DNA of 64,000 nucleotides, taken from Dimorphilus gyrociliatus (lineage: Eukaryota > Animalia > Annelida). The number at the start of each line of letters is the position of its first letter. Position 1 is the stretch's first letter. The DNA is taken from the NCBI GenBank assembly GCA_904063045.1, contig CAJFCJ010000002.1, positions 3,529,891 to 3,593,890 on the forward strand. The letters are read 5' to 3'. A model generated the notes under the pieces. The model did no database searches. It was not told where the DNA came from and was given only the letters and a program-made list of their open reading frames with translations. A program made the position numbers and the translations under genes. Below are positions 12,300 to 24,911 of this stretch, piece by piece.

Positions 12300-15200
12300 A
12301 TGGAACTAATCTTTACAAAATTAGTAGCTTTATTATTTATTATTGAATTTTCATATGCTATTATAGGTCCAAGAAACATAGTTGTTTATGAAGGTCAATC
12401 AAATTATTCTTTTTTTTGTTCTGCTGAAGGTGGAACAGACAATATAGTGGGAACTGGCTATGCTCCAAAAAAACCTTTTGGTTCAAGTCGTTTGCTAATT
12501 GCTGATGATGTAGAAATTTTACCAGATCAGCTTCATAGATACTCTCTTGCTCAAAATAATAAAAATAGGACTATTTTTTATACAAAGACAACTGAAGCGT
12601 ATAACGATAATACTTATCATGATTGTCTAATTGGTGAAACAGGTTATAGAGCTGCAGTGACAGTATTAGGTAGGTTTTAACATTAATATGGGATTAAGTT
12701 ATACTTCTATTAACTAAATTGTAAATTAGCTAACTTTGGATGCGAAGAGAAACCAGTTCTGATGGTAAAAGGTGATGAATTAAAAATCAATGTCTATGTA
12801 GATTTTCGGACCTTTTCGCCATTTCTCAAGTGTCAAGGAACTGAGGGAAATTCATTTAAAATTAATCATGATTTAAAATATACGCGGGATGAAAATTTTG
12901 AAACTTTACTTGGGACTTTAACAGCAACGTTTTCCATAGATAAAATCAATGAAAATTTAAAAAACTTAGATTGTCAACTATATTATGAACCTGAAAACTA
13001 TATTTATTATCGAAAAGAAATCGAGCATCTTTTCTTAATACCACCAATTGGCAATATGGACGATAGACAGCCGGAGTTTTACTTCGCTGAAGATCAGGAA
13101 AAACTTAGCTGCTCTTATCAATTTCATATCCACTGTACGTATTGTAATATCTATTCATATGCTATTGTATATTATTACCATATTATAATATACATTATAG
13201 ACGGACCAGAAAATGTTACAATTGAAGAGAAAGAGGAGAATGTAAATATTCTTATTTGTAGTTACAGTGGGAATTTTACAACTCATTCAAAAACTATATG
13301 GACTGTAAGTTTTATCATTTATAACGATCACAAATTAATATTAACAATTTTTAATAAGATAAATGGGTCAATTATTCAAACTGGACTTAGTGATACCCTA
13401 AACATATCATCATACGAAAATATACCAATAAGCGTTCAGTGCATGCCTTGTGTTTTATACTTCAACGATCAAGAAAGTTGCGTAGAGAGTAATCCTTATT
13501 TAAAGTGGCAACAAAGTAAACTTTTACTTTGATCATTTTTTATAAAATGTATTGTTACACTTTGAATCGAAAATAGATACCACACCTCCTCCTCTTTCTG
13601 AGCCAATACTACCAAGGAACATTGCAGTTTACGAAGGAAGTAGTAATTTTTCATTCGAATGTAATACATTTCCTTTAGAAGATGTCATAATTAATGCCAG
13701 CGCTTACGGGTATACGGATAATGGAAATCGTAAATATATGGCAGATGAGAATTCGATTATTAAGGAAGAGAGATATCGTTATAAAATGTCTCATGATAGA
13801 TACAACACAAGAAAAATTGTTTACAACTCTTCAACAAGTGATTACGAAGATAATCATTATCACGAATGCATTATTGGAGATATTCCCTTCAGAGCAACTT
13901 TTGCCTTATTATGTTTGTAAACAATTTTTATATTTTTTAAAAAACATATTTATTAAGTGAAATTTTCTATGTTTTCATATTTTCCCCATTTTAGCCAATT
14001 TACAATGCTCAAATAATTTAATAACTGTTATAGAAGATGAAAAGTTGAATATTGAATTACAATTGACTTTTACGCACTTTACTCCCTCTCTTGGCTGTAA
14101 ATCTAATGACAATGCTGCTTTTAATATTAGCTACTCAACAAGGGTTTTAGAAAGCGACTTTTCTAAACCTTATAAAGCAAGAATTACTTCTATTCCTTCT
14201 ATAAATTCTATTTCAAGAAACACAGAGTCAATTAATTGTTCATTTGTCTATCATCCTGAAGAAGAGCTTAGTTTGGAAGATTCTATCCACTTTAATGGTA
14301 TTCCTCCTTTCAATATATTTGATAACCATCAGCCTGAATTTGCATTTATGGAAGATAAAAAGAAAGTTGAATGTAATTACAAGATAAATGTTCAATGTAA
14401 ATATTTAATTTTGCTTAAGCTATGTAAAGACAGGCTTTTCTATTGAAAATTATATTTATTGTTTAAATATTTGAAGATGGCCCTGAAGATATTAGCTTGA
14501 AAATATTACATAATCAAGTAACCTGCGATTTCGATGGAGTGTATGAAAATTTTGAGTACATCTTTTGGACAGTAAATATCAACTAATCATTAAAATTTTA
14601 AGATTATTCTGACATCATAAATTTTAGCTAAATGATACGACAATTCAAAGATATGATACTACAGTAGACTTGAGGGATTTTGTTGATCCGCTTTTTATCA
14701 GCTGTCGACCTTGTGTTAGCTTTTATAGTTCAGAAATCAAATGCTCAAGTAGTGCCATTGAATTGTGGAAGCCATCCGGTACTAGCAAAATGAAATTTAC
14801 ATAATACAGTGATATTGATTCAATTTCAACTTATAATAGATACGACTGCTCCACCTCCATCTGAACCGTTCTATCCAATAAATATAGCAGTTTACGAAGA
14901 TCGTAGAAATTTCTCTTTCTCATGTGGCTCTTATAAGGGCTTTTCACCAAATAGAATAGCATACGGTATCGACGATGACTTGAATCTTTTGCTCATTGCA
15001 GATGGCAATGGTTTGGTAAGTGGTCAAGAGAACAAGTATATCCTAGTAGAAGAAGATTCGAAGAGAAAAGTTATATATACTCTGCAAGCTAATCAATACA
15101 AGGATAACATTTATCACGATTGCTATATCGGTCCAAATATCTATAGGGGAACATTTTCTGTGTTGTGTAAGTATAAATTTATATTCAGCGATAAAACAAT

Positions 15201-16199
15201 GTTCATAACGTAATGAGATGCCATTTTTCATATCTAGCTGATTTCCAATGCAAATCGTCTAGTCCAACTTATTTAGCTTTGGGAGATAAGAGCAAAATTG
15301 ACATAAAAGTTTCTTTTACTCACTTTTCACCAATAATAGTTTGTTTAGCTAACGCAGATTATTTAATTGAGACTGAAGCTATAACTAATTATACAATAAA
15401 AGAAAACGGAAAAATTTTAGAAGGGACTGTGACTGGAAACGTTATCGTTTCAGAAAAAAATGTCAACAAATTGCTTTGCGGATTCCTCTACGATTCCAGC
15501 AATATTGGAAAGATGGAAGAATTGCTTCATTTAATTTCCCTAGCCCCGAACTCCCTTATTGACAGTTTTCAACCTAATGTCATTTTTACTGAGGATTCCC
15601 AGAAAGTTATTTGTGAATTTCCGGTTGTTGTAGAATGTAAGTATACTTAACATAGTTTCACTTAGATGTTTATAGGAAGAAAAGTATTTAAGACTGATAT
15701 TAATTTTATTCTATTTGGTTGTCATTACTATTACTTTTATATAGACGGTCCTGAAAATACAAAATGTCAGGAGACTAATCTTAATAGTAGAAAAGTTATT
15801 TGCATCTTTGATCATAAGGCTCAAAAATCTCCAGCAATAACTTGGAAGGTGATATATATATATATATATATATTGGAAAAATTAACCAATTTTATGTAAT
15901 TTTGCCGTTTTCTATAGGTTAACGACGTAGAAATTTCGAATGAAAATTCAGCAATAATTGACTTGACTACTCGATTAGAAAATTTGAAAGTAGAATGTAC
16001 GCCCTGCATTCAATTTCACAATATGAATAGAAATTGTTCATCAAGCAATCCTATATATCTACCATCCGTAGTTTCAGATAAAACTACAACTACTACAGAT
16101 AGAGCTACAGTAACAACCCCATCACATTCTGTTGTATATAAATCTAAAATCTATACTATATTACTTTCATTCATTTGTTTTTATGTATTTATGTTGTAA
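12300..16199 (+). CDS. About 1043-aa secreted or GPI-anchored protein with three tandem copies of a three-domain Ig-like cassette (12 exons)
   Basis: Exons 12300-12669, 12730-13134, 13201-13304, 13359-13515, 13577-13912, 13995-14396, 14477-14571, 14628-14778, 14840-15166, 15238-15636, 15745-15848, 15918-16199 all join in frame through GT-AG introns. Repeated motifs P.NI.VYE...SF.C, H.C.IG, YGPE, C.PC. N-terminal signal peptide, Thr-rich stalk, hydrophobic terminal tail. The Ig fold is inferred from Cys spacing. Confidence 0.85.
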
Positions 16200-17643
16200 A
16201 AAAGAAGTTCTTTATCGAATAGCAATCATATTTTCTTGATTTAACTTTATTAAAAAATTTTTTTATTATTTTTTGATAAATTGAAGATAATACATATATA
16301 TATATATAAATTATATATGACATTGTCAAATGAGTTATTACATGTTACTGCCTGAGCAATAATACGCAATGCCTAGCAAGGTGTTGATAAGGCGCGAAAT
16401 CTTTTCGCTATCTTTCTAAATTATATTATTAAATTGATTGAAGAAATGCAGTTATATCTAAAGAATATAAATATAAGACATAATTATATAAAATATGCCA
16501 TTGTTTGTTGCCGTAGCAAAACGATATCATATCTCTCTTAGTGTCGTCAACGTATAATTAGTTTTTGGAAACGCTATCATCTACTTTTAAATATTCAATT
16601 GTTATTTACTACTTCTAGCACTTTATGATTTCTGTTTGTTATCTACTCTCAGGAAAACATAGCTTGAAATCACCAAATAATTTTTGGTATTTTTCTATGC
16701 CATGGTATAGTGACGTGTTTTTATTGTATTGGACAGGTAATAACCCCCGAAAGCAGTTAGACGTTTTATTTATCAGACAACATGCCAGCCTTCGTTTTCT
16801 CTTTAAATTTATCCCAGATATTATCTGCTATGCTATATAATGCATTCAAGCTAAATAGTCATTAATTCTTTTATAGTTGTGATGACGAACACTAGACTTT
16901 ATGCCAACAGCAAATTTTTGGCGCTCTTAAATTTTAGGTGCCTTCCAATTCAATTGTTCCTCTTGTTTGTTTTCCTACGATACAAAAACTTTCCCTTGTT
17001 CTGGAAATAGTGATATTGTTCAGTTAATTTCTCAATCAGTCTATCTCCTCCTCCGTGGTCAGAGTTTGAAATGAGTCTTATTTAGCATACCCTCTACCTT
17101 CAAATACACGTATATACGAGCGGGAATTGCCAACTTGAGTTAGACTAGGCTGGATAAATATCTTGAACAACTTTAATATTCATTTCCCTATATATTTATA
17201 TATATAGTACACTTTTGTATAATTGCTACACAGTATATGCATAGATACTTTCCATATTATTAAACTACCAAAAATATACAGTGCACCATACTTTCGAAAT
17301 AATTTTGGTGGTGAAACAGTTATAAAGCAATATGTAAAATATTCCTCATACCAGTTCATTTTGAAAAAGAGAAAAAGTAAACATTGCCTTTATTTGCTAA
17401 AAGAATCAGATTTATTACATTACAGTAAGCATTTAAGAGATTTAAATATATATATTTGTATATATAATTGTTGAAACTAAAAGCAGTAGCTGGTTTTGCA
17501 ATTGAATATGCTGTTTTTGTTGAAATTCCATTGCAACTGACTATGAGTAATCAAATATTATATAGATAAAACAACTAACAACAGTTTATACAATACGCAA
17601 TATTTCTTTTTATTTTATTTTCAGACTGAAAAATTCCAAAATA

Positions 17644-19904
17644 ATGAAGGACTATTCTTTGTATCATTTAACTCTTTATCTATGGATTCCATTGATCATC
17701 TTATCAATAGTAAGATATTTCCATAGCGAGTAATTATTTAATATCTTTTAACATAATATAACTATTCAGCCAGTGTCCTTGGGAAGTTTTCTTTGTTTTC
17801 ATTTAAACAAGACAGGGAAGAAGACTAGTAGCATTATAATAGCTAGTTTTGGACTAACAATTGCAATTTTGACAAGTTTATTGGTACCTTTGGATATATT
17901 TTGCCTGTCGAATTTAGCGAATTTCAGAGATAGCCTTCCTGTATTATTCCTTTTAGTTTCGTATATTCGATTTATCTAATCAATAATTTCTATCAATTTT
18001 AGGAAGAGTCTAAAGATGAATTTTCAAAAGATGTACAAAATGGTACCAGATTAACTTATTACAGTAAGAAGAAATGCGTTTATTTGTTTCAAAATATTGA
18101 ACATGACACATATGATCATATTATATATTTACATTTATTTTTGCAGTTTTTTACAGTCTGAATATTCTCTATGTTGCCGTAATGATACCCATATCATTTC
18201 ATAAATACGAAGAGAGAGTGATTTCTATTCACCGCCCACATATTATTCAGGTTATCTGTTTTCAAATTTCACTTTCAAAACGTTATTTTTACCTATTTAC
18301 TTTGTTTTTTTCTTTTTAATAGCAAATAATTAATTCTTTATCCTATATTATTATTCTTACCGAAATTTTGCTATTCATAATTGTGTCTATGTGAGTATTC
18401 TATACATTCTTTTAATTATGCAATATATAAATATTAACTTTTTCTACAGATCTTATGATAGTATAGACATTTCAGGAAAAATTATTAACAGTACCGATTG
18501 GTCAGCGAAATTTCACTTTTTGGAAGATTATTATAGACGTATGTTACAAGTTTTCAACTTTAAAGAGTTATAGATAATTTTTTCCCTATCCCAGCTTTGG
18601 AAGATAGATTAATGTTTATTATGGAGCTACTAAGTAACCTTGGAATATTTCTCTTGACTTATTATGTGGTAAAATCTAGTCGTTTTAAAACATGCAAACT
18701 GATTGATCATCATTATGTAACTCTAGGGTTTAAGTATGCCATTTGGATTTATTGACATGATAAGGGGTGGCGTAAAAGGTAGTGGTGAATCATTGCTTAG
18801 AAATTCTCACTCTCAATATGGTACAATAGAGGCAAGAGAAGTTGTACATTCATATCATTTAATATATTATTGATATTATTTATACTTGTATCATAAAGGG
18901 AGGAGCAAAGCATTCCCACGGTGAAGCATATCAAAACTCTCCTCTTTTGACTAATACAAATGTGTATATCAATTACAAAAAAAAACATGAAACTCAAAAA
19001 TGTTCGAAATGTTTACGATTTTGTGAAATTGTGTTTGGAGTATTTGGATTTTTTGCTCTATTTTCATTTACAATTTTCCTTATAGTATCAAGGTAATTTA
19101 GTTGTGTTTTATTGATTAGTTTATTGTTTATTATCAATTTTCTCCTTTTTAATAGTATTGATAAATTTTTTAATGGACTGGGACTTGCGAATGGATATTT
19201 ATTACTAAATCCGCAAATGATGTATCCAATAGACGTTTTCATCAGTATTCTTCATAAAGTTTTCCCACTTGATATGTTCTTTTTCGGAGCTCTAGTCATA
19301 TTTTTGCTCGGATGCTCCATTTCTGCTTTAAAGCCACGTTTGACAAACTTATCATTCTGGAGGGTAAACTCCCCTAAAATTATTAATAACTATAATAATT
19401 ATTTTTTAAAAAAAACTTATCTCTTTCCAGAGAGAAGACATACACGTAGAAGAGACATCAAATCATGCTCTATATTCTCTATCTTTCGTAATTGTACTCA
19501 TATCAATAGCTTTAAATTGTATTTTACAACAAATTATGCCCTACTACACTACATTTGGAAATCAACAATTTATTGAAAATGTATTAATATAGTCATAATT
19601 TTTATTGCTCAATTTTATATGTTTAATAATCTCTCCTTTATTTCTTTTTCTTTTTTTAGAATATCAACAATCAAACTACTCTGATTTCTTTTTCCCCTGC
19701 TAAAGAATGCAATTTTGAAAATATCAACTCAGGTTTAAAACTATATTTACTTTTGAATACAATATGTAAACACAATATAATGTTATAGGTAATTGTGTGA
19801 TTACGAATTTTGCTTTCTTATGGTCTAGAGTTGCTTTAAAATTATCTTTAATGGATTTCTTCTTCTATTGGTTTACTTGGTTGCTTATTATTGTAAGTAT
19901 TTAA
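17644..19904 (+). CDS. LMBRD1: LMBR1-family membrane protein, LMBD1-like (lysosomal cobalamin transport escort); multi-exon, last exon uncertain
   Basis: Spliced segments FGLTIAILTSLLVPLDIFCLS, NSTDWSAK, DKFFNGLG..YPIDVFISILHKVFPLD..FWR, QIMPYYTTFGNQQF and CVITN align in order with human LMBD1 (FSLAIALITSALLPVDIFLVS, NSTEWEK, DKALHSAG..VFPLD, PQYVMYGSQNY, CTVTR), recalled from memory. Confidence 0.85.
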
Positions 19905-20064
19905 AATAATTTTTATTGATTTATTAACTTCACAAAACTCAATATTCGATAATCGAACATTCAAAAATTTATGATACACACTGATAGGAATAGGAACACA
20001 AATCATATGCAAAAAAATACCAAACGTAAAACACTACTTGTACTTTAATTGATAAACTAATTTC

Positions 20065-20526
20065 TCAATAGTCCAATTGTTTGCTATTCAAGTAGTCTTT
20101 CTCTTCCTTACTTTTACAGCATTTCTTCTTACAATAACCAAAGAAACATCCAAAGGCTATTACTAACAATAGTCCAAAAATTGAAAATCCAATAATTAAA
20201 ACAATATCCAAACTACCGAAGCATTCTTTCGGTTTTTCACATTCGTTTGTCTGATAAACAAACCGACATTTTTCCCCTGCATAAAGTAGAAAGAAATTAT
20301 TTTTGAAGGTCATTTCAAAATGTATCAATAGGACAATAATTACTTAGACAAGATTATAAAAAATTGGAGATTAATAAAACTTACAGAAAAGAGAACAAAA
20401 CTTTTTACAATTTTGTTCGTCTTGTAAATACGGGTGGCATAGGGTGAAACAAGATTTTGTACAATCATTTGTAGAGCCCAGAGGTTTTAATGTGAAACAC
20501 TCTTGAGTTCTGTTCATTCGGTTCAT
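20065..20526 (-). CDS. About 117-aa Cys-rich single-pass membrane protein (exons 20526-20385, 20276-20065); start uncertain
   Basis: Donor gtaagt at 20384 and acceptor cag at 20279-20277, phase 1 matches. MNRMNRTQECFTLKPLGSTNDCTKSCFTLCHPYLQDEQNCKKFCSLFWEKCRFVYQTNECEKPKECFGSLD, TM IVLIIGFSIFGLLLVIAFGCFFGY, then CKKKCCK and a short tail. Confidence 0.7.
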
Positions 20527-21072
20527 TCTTCTGGTTCTTTTACAGCTTTACAGCATGTACTGTACGCCTTCCTATTCTTTCTGTACTTAACCGTTTAATA
20601 TCAATATGTATAAGTTATCTTATCAATTACAAATGAATCATACTCTAGGAGAAATATTTTGTCCCAGTTTTATAAACTGACAGATTTTTATAAAAAACTA
20701 CATTTTTTTCTAAACAGAATATGGTTTTGGGCTTTATTCTTGGATTTACTAGGAGAAGGGAAGGAAAATTCTATTAATAACATTTATATTTTGAAATTAA
20801 ATACTGAAGAGGACGATAATACAACGGGCTGATATTCCACTACCTAAAAATTAAAAAAAATACAAAAATGACTGCTACTAAGAAAAGATAATTAAGATAA
20901 TTTTTATAAGTTTATACTAGTTTTAAATGGAATGTTTGCAGATTTTATTGCTTAAAAGAAAAAACGAATAAAATATAAAAAGAGATCAAATTGAATATCT
21001 TTTATATGTTCAAACAAAACATAAAAAGAGAAATTATAATAAATAAAAAAAATGTAGCCTTGTTTTAAACAA

Positions 21073-22647
21073 TTACTGACATTTTGTATTCCTTAACACA
21101 ACAGATTCATCGAATCTTATAGCTTTAATAACGTTTGTCCTTAAATTCGACACATGATTTATATATATATATTTATTATAGATGTCATTTAATAGGGTCA
21201 AATCAACAGGAAATTTATCCACCTTATAATCTGTAGCATGACGGTAGTGAGCGTCAAAAACGCCTAGGCAAGAACCAGTCATATATGAAACAACAAAGCC
21301 ACCCGACGGTAAAATGCATAAACCTAAAGGATGTAGATCCTTTTCTAAATTAATATATCTCATACGCATACCAGTAAAGGTATTTAGTATTGTAATTTTG
21401 TCATCTTTTGGATGTATAACAACAACTTTCGTTTGATCACTGGCCAGTTTCCATACAGAGTTTTCGTCACTTTTGTAAAGCCATATTTTTTTCCCAGATG
21501 AACTAAATTTATAAACATGTACTTTGTACTTTTCCTCTGTTTCGATAAACGAAGAGACGAACGTGTCATCTAAATACGTTGACAAGCCAACAGCTTCCGA
21601 AACGCTTGTGAATTCCGTAAAAAGTCTGCCGTTTGGTGAGTGTAGAATTTGTTTATTAGTAACGTCTGAGAGAAAAAAGTTTCCTTCGTAGTTTATAACT
21701 ATAGCAGCAATTTCTGAGTATAATGAGCACATTTCTTCAATGAACTTTCCGTCCAAAGTATATTTACATAGCACTGTTTTCTTTGGGTACATGTTTTCGT
21801 ATTGGGCAATAAACAAGAAGTTATTATAGATTGCCATTCCTCCAACATATTGAATATGACTTAATTGAATATTCGTTCGACCGATCTTTAACTGAGCTTT
21901 ATTTGTTGTTGAAATGTCAGATAAGCATAATTTATATTCTTTTAATGAGATTTCTTTTGATAATATCTTCTTTCTTTGCTCTTCGAATTCGGCCAATACT
22001 TTACTCCTTTTAGACTTGTCTGAACCTTTCGAGTGTTTAACTGATTCTAAATTATCATTGAGCTCGTGAACTTTTGAACGTTTCTTCTCAAAGATATTAT
22101 TTATTTTTTCTTTCAAGACCACTCCTTGCCTGTCTATTTCTTGGTGGGCTTTTTGAAGATGTTTTTGTAGTTTAAATTCTATTTCAACTTGAGCGACGTC
22201 TAAATATTCATGTAATCTGGCGATTTCTTTGTTGAACTTTTCCATATCTAAAGATTCGTTTGAACTAACACTAATTTTACTTTGAGATTCAGTATCCATA
22301 CTTTCGTAACTAGATTTTCTTGAAATGGTACAACTCGATTGTCTAGATTGTAAACTCTCTGTGCTTGAATCCTTAGATAATTTTCTAATATCGTTTGATG
22401 AATAGAACATTTTAGGAAATCCTAAACAGCCAAGAGACGGCCAAAAGTCAATTTTTTTACAAACGGGACAACAAAAGTTATCCGATTTTTTCAAAGTCAG
22501 TTTTTTACATAATCTATGAAGACAGCCTTTGCAGAATCCATGTGAACAGGCTAACATTCTTGGATCCTTTCCATTTAATTTCTGTCCACAAATGCCACAA
22601 ACATCCTTGCCGTCAATGTTGGTTAGGCTGTTGGCCAGTGATGCCAT
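21073..22647 (-). CDS. Intronless RING-HC + coiled-coil + NHL/beta-propeller-like protein (TRIM-like putative E3 ligase, no B-box seen)
   Basis: C3HC4 RING CGIC..LACSHGFCKGC..CCPVC, a heptad-rich middle region, and C-terminal short beta-strand repeats (GMAIYNNFLFIA, PLGLCILPSGGFVVS, FPVDLTL). Probable ATG at 22647. Confidence 0.8.
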   Translation of the reverse strand: MASLANSLTNIDGKDVCGICGQKLNGKDPRMLACSHGFCKGCLHRLCKKLTLKKSDNFCCPVCKKIDFWPSLGCLGFPKMFYSSNDIRKLSKDSSTESLQSRQSSCTISRKSSYESMDTESQSKISVSSNESLDMEKFNKEIARLHEYLDVAQVEIEFKLQKHLQKAHQEIDRQGVVLKEKINNIFEKKRSKVHELNDNLESVKHSKGSDKSKRSKVLAEFEEQRKKILSKEISLKEYKLCLSDISTTNKAQLKIGRTNIQLSHIQYVGGMAIYNNFLFIAQYENMYPKKTVLCKYTLDGKFIEEMCSLYSEIAAIVINYEGNFFLSDVTNKQILHSPNGRLFTEFTSVSEAVGLSTYLDDTFVSSFIETEEKYKVHVYKFSSSGKKIWLYKSDENSVWKLASDQTKVVVIHPKDDKITILNTFTGMRMRYINLEKDLHPLGLCILPSGGFVVSYMTGSCLGVFDAHYRHATDYKVDKFPVDLTLLNDIYNKYIYINHVSNLRTNVIKAIRFDESVVLRNTKCQ

Positions 22648-24911
22648 TTTGTTAAAGGCACTCCGCCTAGAACTATAGCAGAGTAACATTATGCTGGAAA
22701 AAGTTCTGTTCTCCACGATTTATACAAAAAGAATGACCTTTTGTACGTAGGAGTAGGCGTGCCTATATACTAGGTATAGCTCTATGTCTTTTCCTTTAGG
22801 CCTAATCAAATTTTTTGTATCAACAGCTTGGCATGCAGTTTTTTTTTCCGGTTGTTGATTTAGCAGAATACTTTGAATGGTCGTTTGGGTCCCAAAGAGT
22901 TCTGGTATATTTCTTAGTCGAGCTTGTCAGCTGTCCTTTTTTTCCTAGTCAACTGTACCAAATATAAATTTCAATTGAACTCGTACCATTTCGAAATCAG
23001 CAAATGTCAATATTTATTATTACTAGATTGAAATCTTCTGTCAACGAAGGTGTAATGTTCTGTTCTTTATATGACTAATACATGTTAGAGTGATATTCAG
23101 CTAAATCGTTAAATAACTAATGCGTAGTATCGAAAATTTACTTAAAATCGATTATTTCCGGTAAAGAAGTAATTTGTTCTGAGAGGTTTACTGTACTTGA
23201 ATTCTTAAATCAATGAGAAAATATATTATTAAATACTTGAAAAGAAATATTTCTTTTTTTTTTTTGTACGTTATTTTTTTTTTGTCATCTGAAAGGCCAC
23301 CAGCTTTATTTGAACCGTGAAATTTTAATTTATTTAACAGTCTATTCAATTTAATAATCGTTTATTTAGCGAATTTGTCATGGATAATTAATAATTGTAC
23401 ACCTTTCGTTGTCAGAAAAAAAAACTTTTATCAACTGATTGAGCATTCATAAAAGTTTTTTTCAGAAAGGTTATTATACCGTTTTATAAATAGAAAAAAA
23501 ATTGACACTTATTTTATCAACCTTTACTTTTTTTATACTATTTTTGATTAATTATCTTTTATAAGGCAAATATTTGATGTAAAAATTAAAAATAATTCAT
23601 TTCCTTTCGTTCTCTTTATTTATCTGTTTGTTTAGTGTTGTCTAGGAGAACATGTTAAGACAATATTTTATTTATCATTTACCTAAGAGAATATTGAAAA
23701 CTAATTTCTTCTTCCTCAATTATTTTATTTATTATTGCGCAATAATCATTTTTGACTTTTGTTTTAAAGATAAGAAAGATTTATGTTGAAAAAAGACAAG
23801 TTTTAAGAGAAGATACTCACTTGAAATTCTTCTTTTGATAAAGGATGAGAGCCAGTTTATAATATTATGTTAAGCACGTTATCGTAAAGTCGTATGTAGG
23901 TTGAGAGGAATGTATCGCTTCGGTGAGAGAATTTCAAACCCACGACGTCGTATTTCGAACTGAGACATTTATATCAATGCCTTGTACATAACAAGCCTCT
24001 TTTAAACTACTTTGTAAGTTCTCATAGCTATTTAGTTAATAATCAATAATAGTTTTTGCATAACTGTCTGTTATATATTTTCCTGAATGGAATTAAGATT
24101 TATGCCAATTTCAGCACTTAGGGAGTGTTCAATATCCTATAGAATTTTATTTTTAGATGATTGCAGTATAGTACGGCAATTTCTTTCTGAATAGTTTAAT
24201 GAATGGGTAATTATAGGATTGGGCTCTTCTATTTCCCTTTGTCAGTTGTTTTTCTTAGTCCATCTTTTCTTTCTAAAATGTAGCTTAGTTGACCAATTTC
24301 TGGTTCAATTTATTCATATTGTTATTTTTATATATATCTACTTTTAGTAGCAGTAAACATTCGGCGATAAAAATGACACAAATAGATTCCTATTGAAAAA
24401 GTTTTCAAGAAAATATTAAAAGAGAGAAAAGTCTACTTATTTTATTTCCTCTTTTTATTCGAAAGAAAAGAAAATGAAATGAAAAAAAAAGGTATTTTCC
24501 ATTCACTTTCAAGTCATGCAGAAAGTAACAAATTTTCTATTGAAAAAAGTAGATATTTTATTTAAATGAAATTTCATAATTCGTAACATTTCTTGTGAAT
24601 TGCATAAATCAATATACATTAAACTTGTTCTTAGTTTGAAACTTATGAGCATACGGTGCTGACATCTATTTGTCATTATATATATATAACATTCCAGCCT
24701 ATTTTTAATAAGTAGAATATATTTCTTTGACTTAATTAGGAGGGATGGAATAAGATGAATAAATCAGAAATTGCAATAAGAATTGCAAAATGATATTTCA
24801 TGATGTTTGCCACAAATTTTCTGTATTATTCTACGATGAAAGTAATAGAAAAGTATTTTTGAGGAGGGAGAGAAAGAAGAGAGAACAAGTACAGAGAAAA
24901 AGCTTTGTACA

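Noticed and set aside
16600-17160. Exon-like, slightly GC-richer segments between the Ig-cassette and LMBRD1-like genes (for example minus-strand LNALYSIADNIWDKFKEKTKAG)
   Set aside because: I could not assemble a phase-consistent gene model on either strand; needs RNA-seq.
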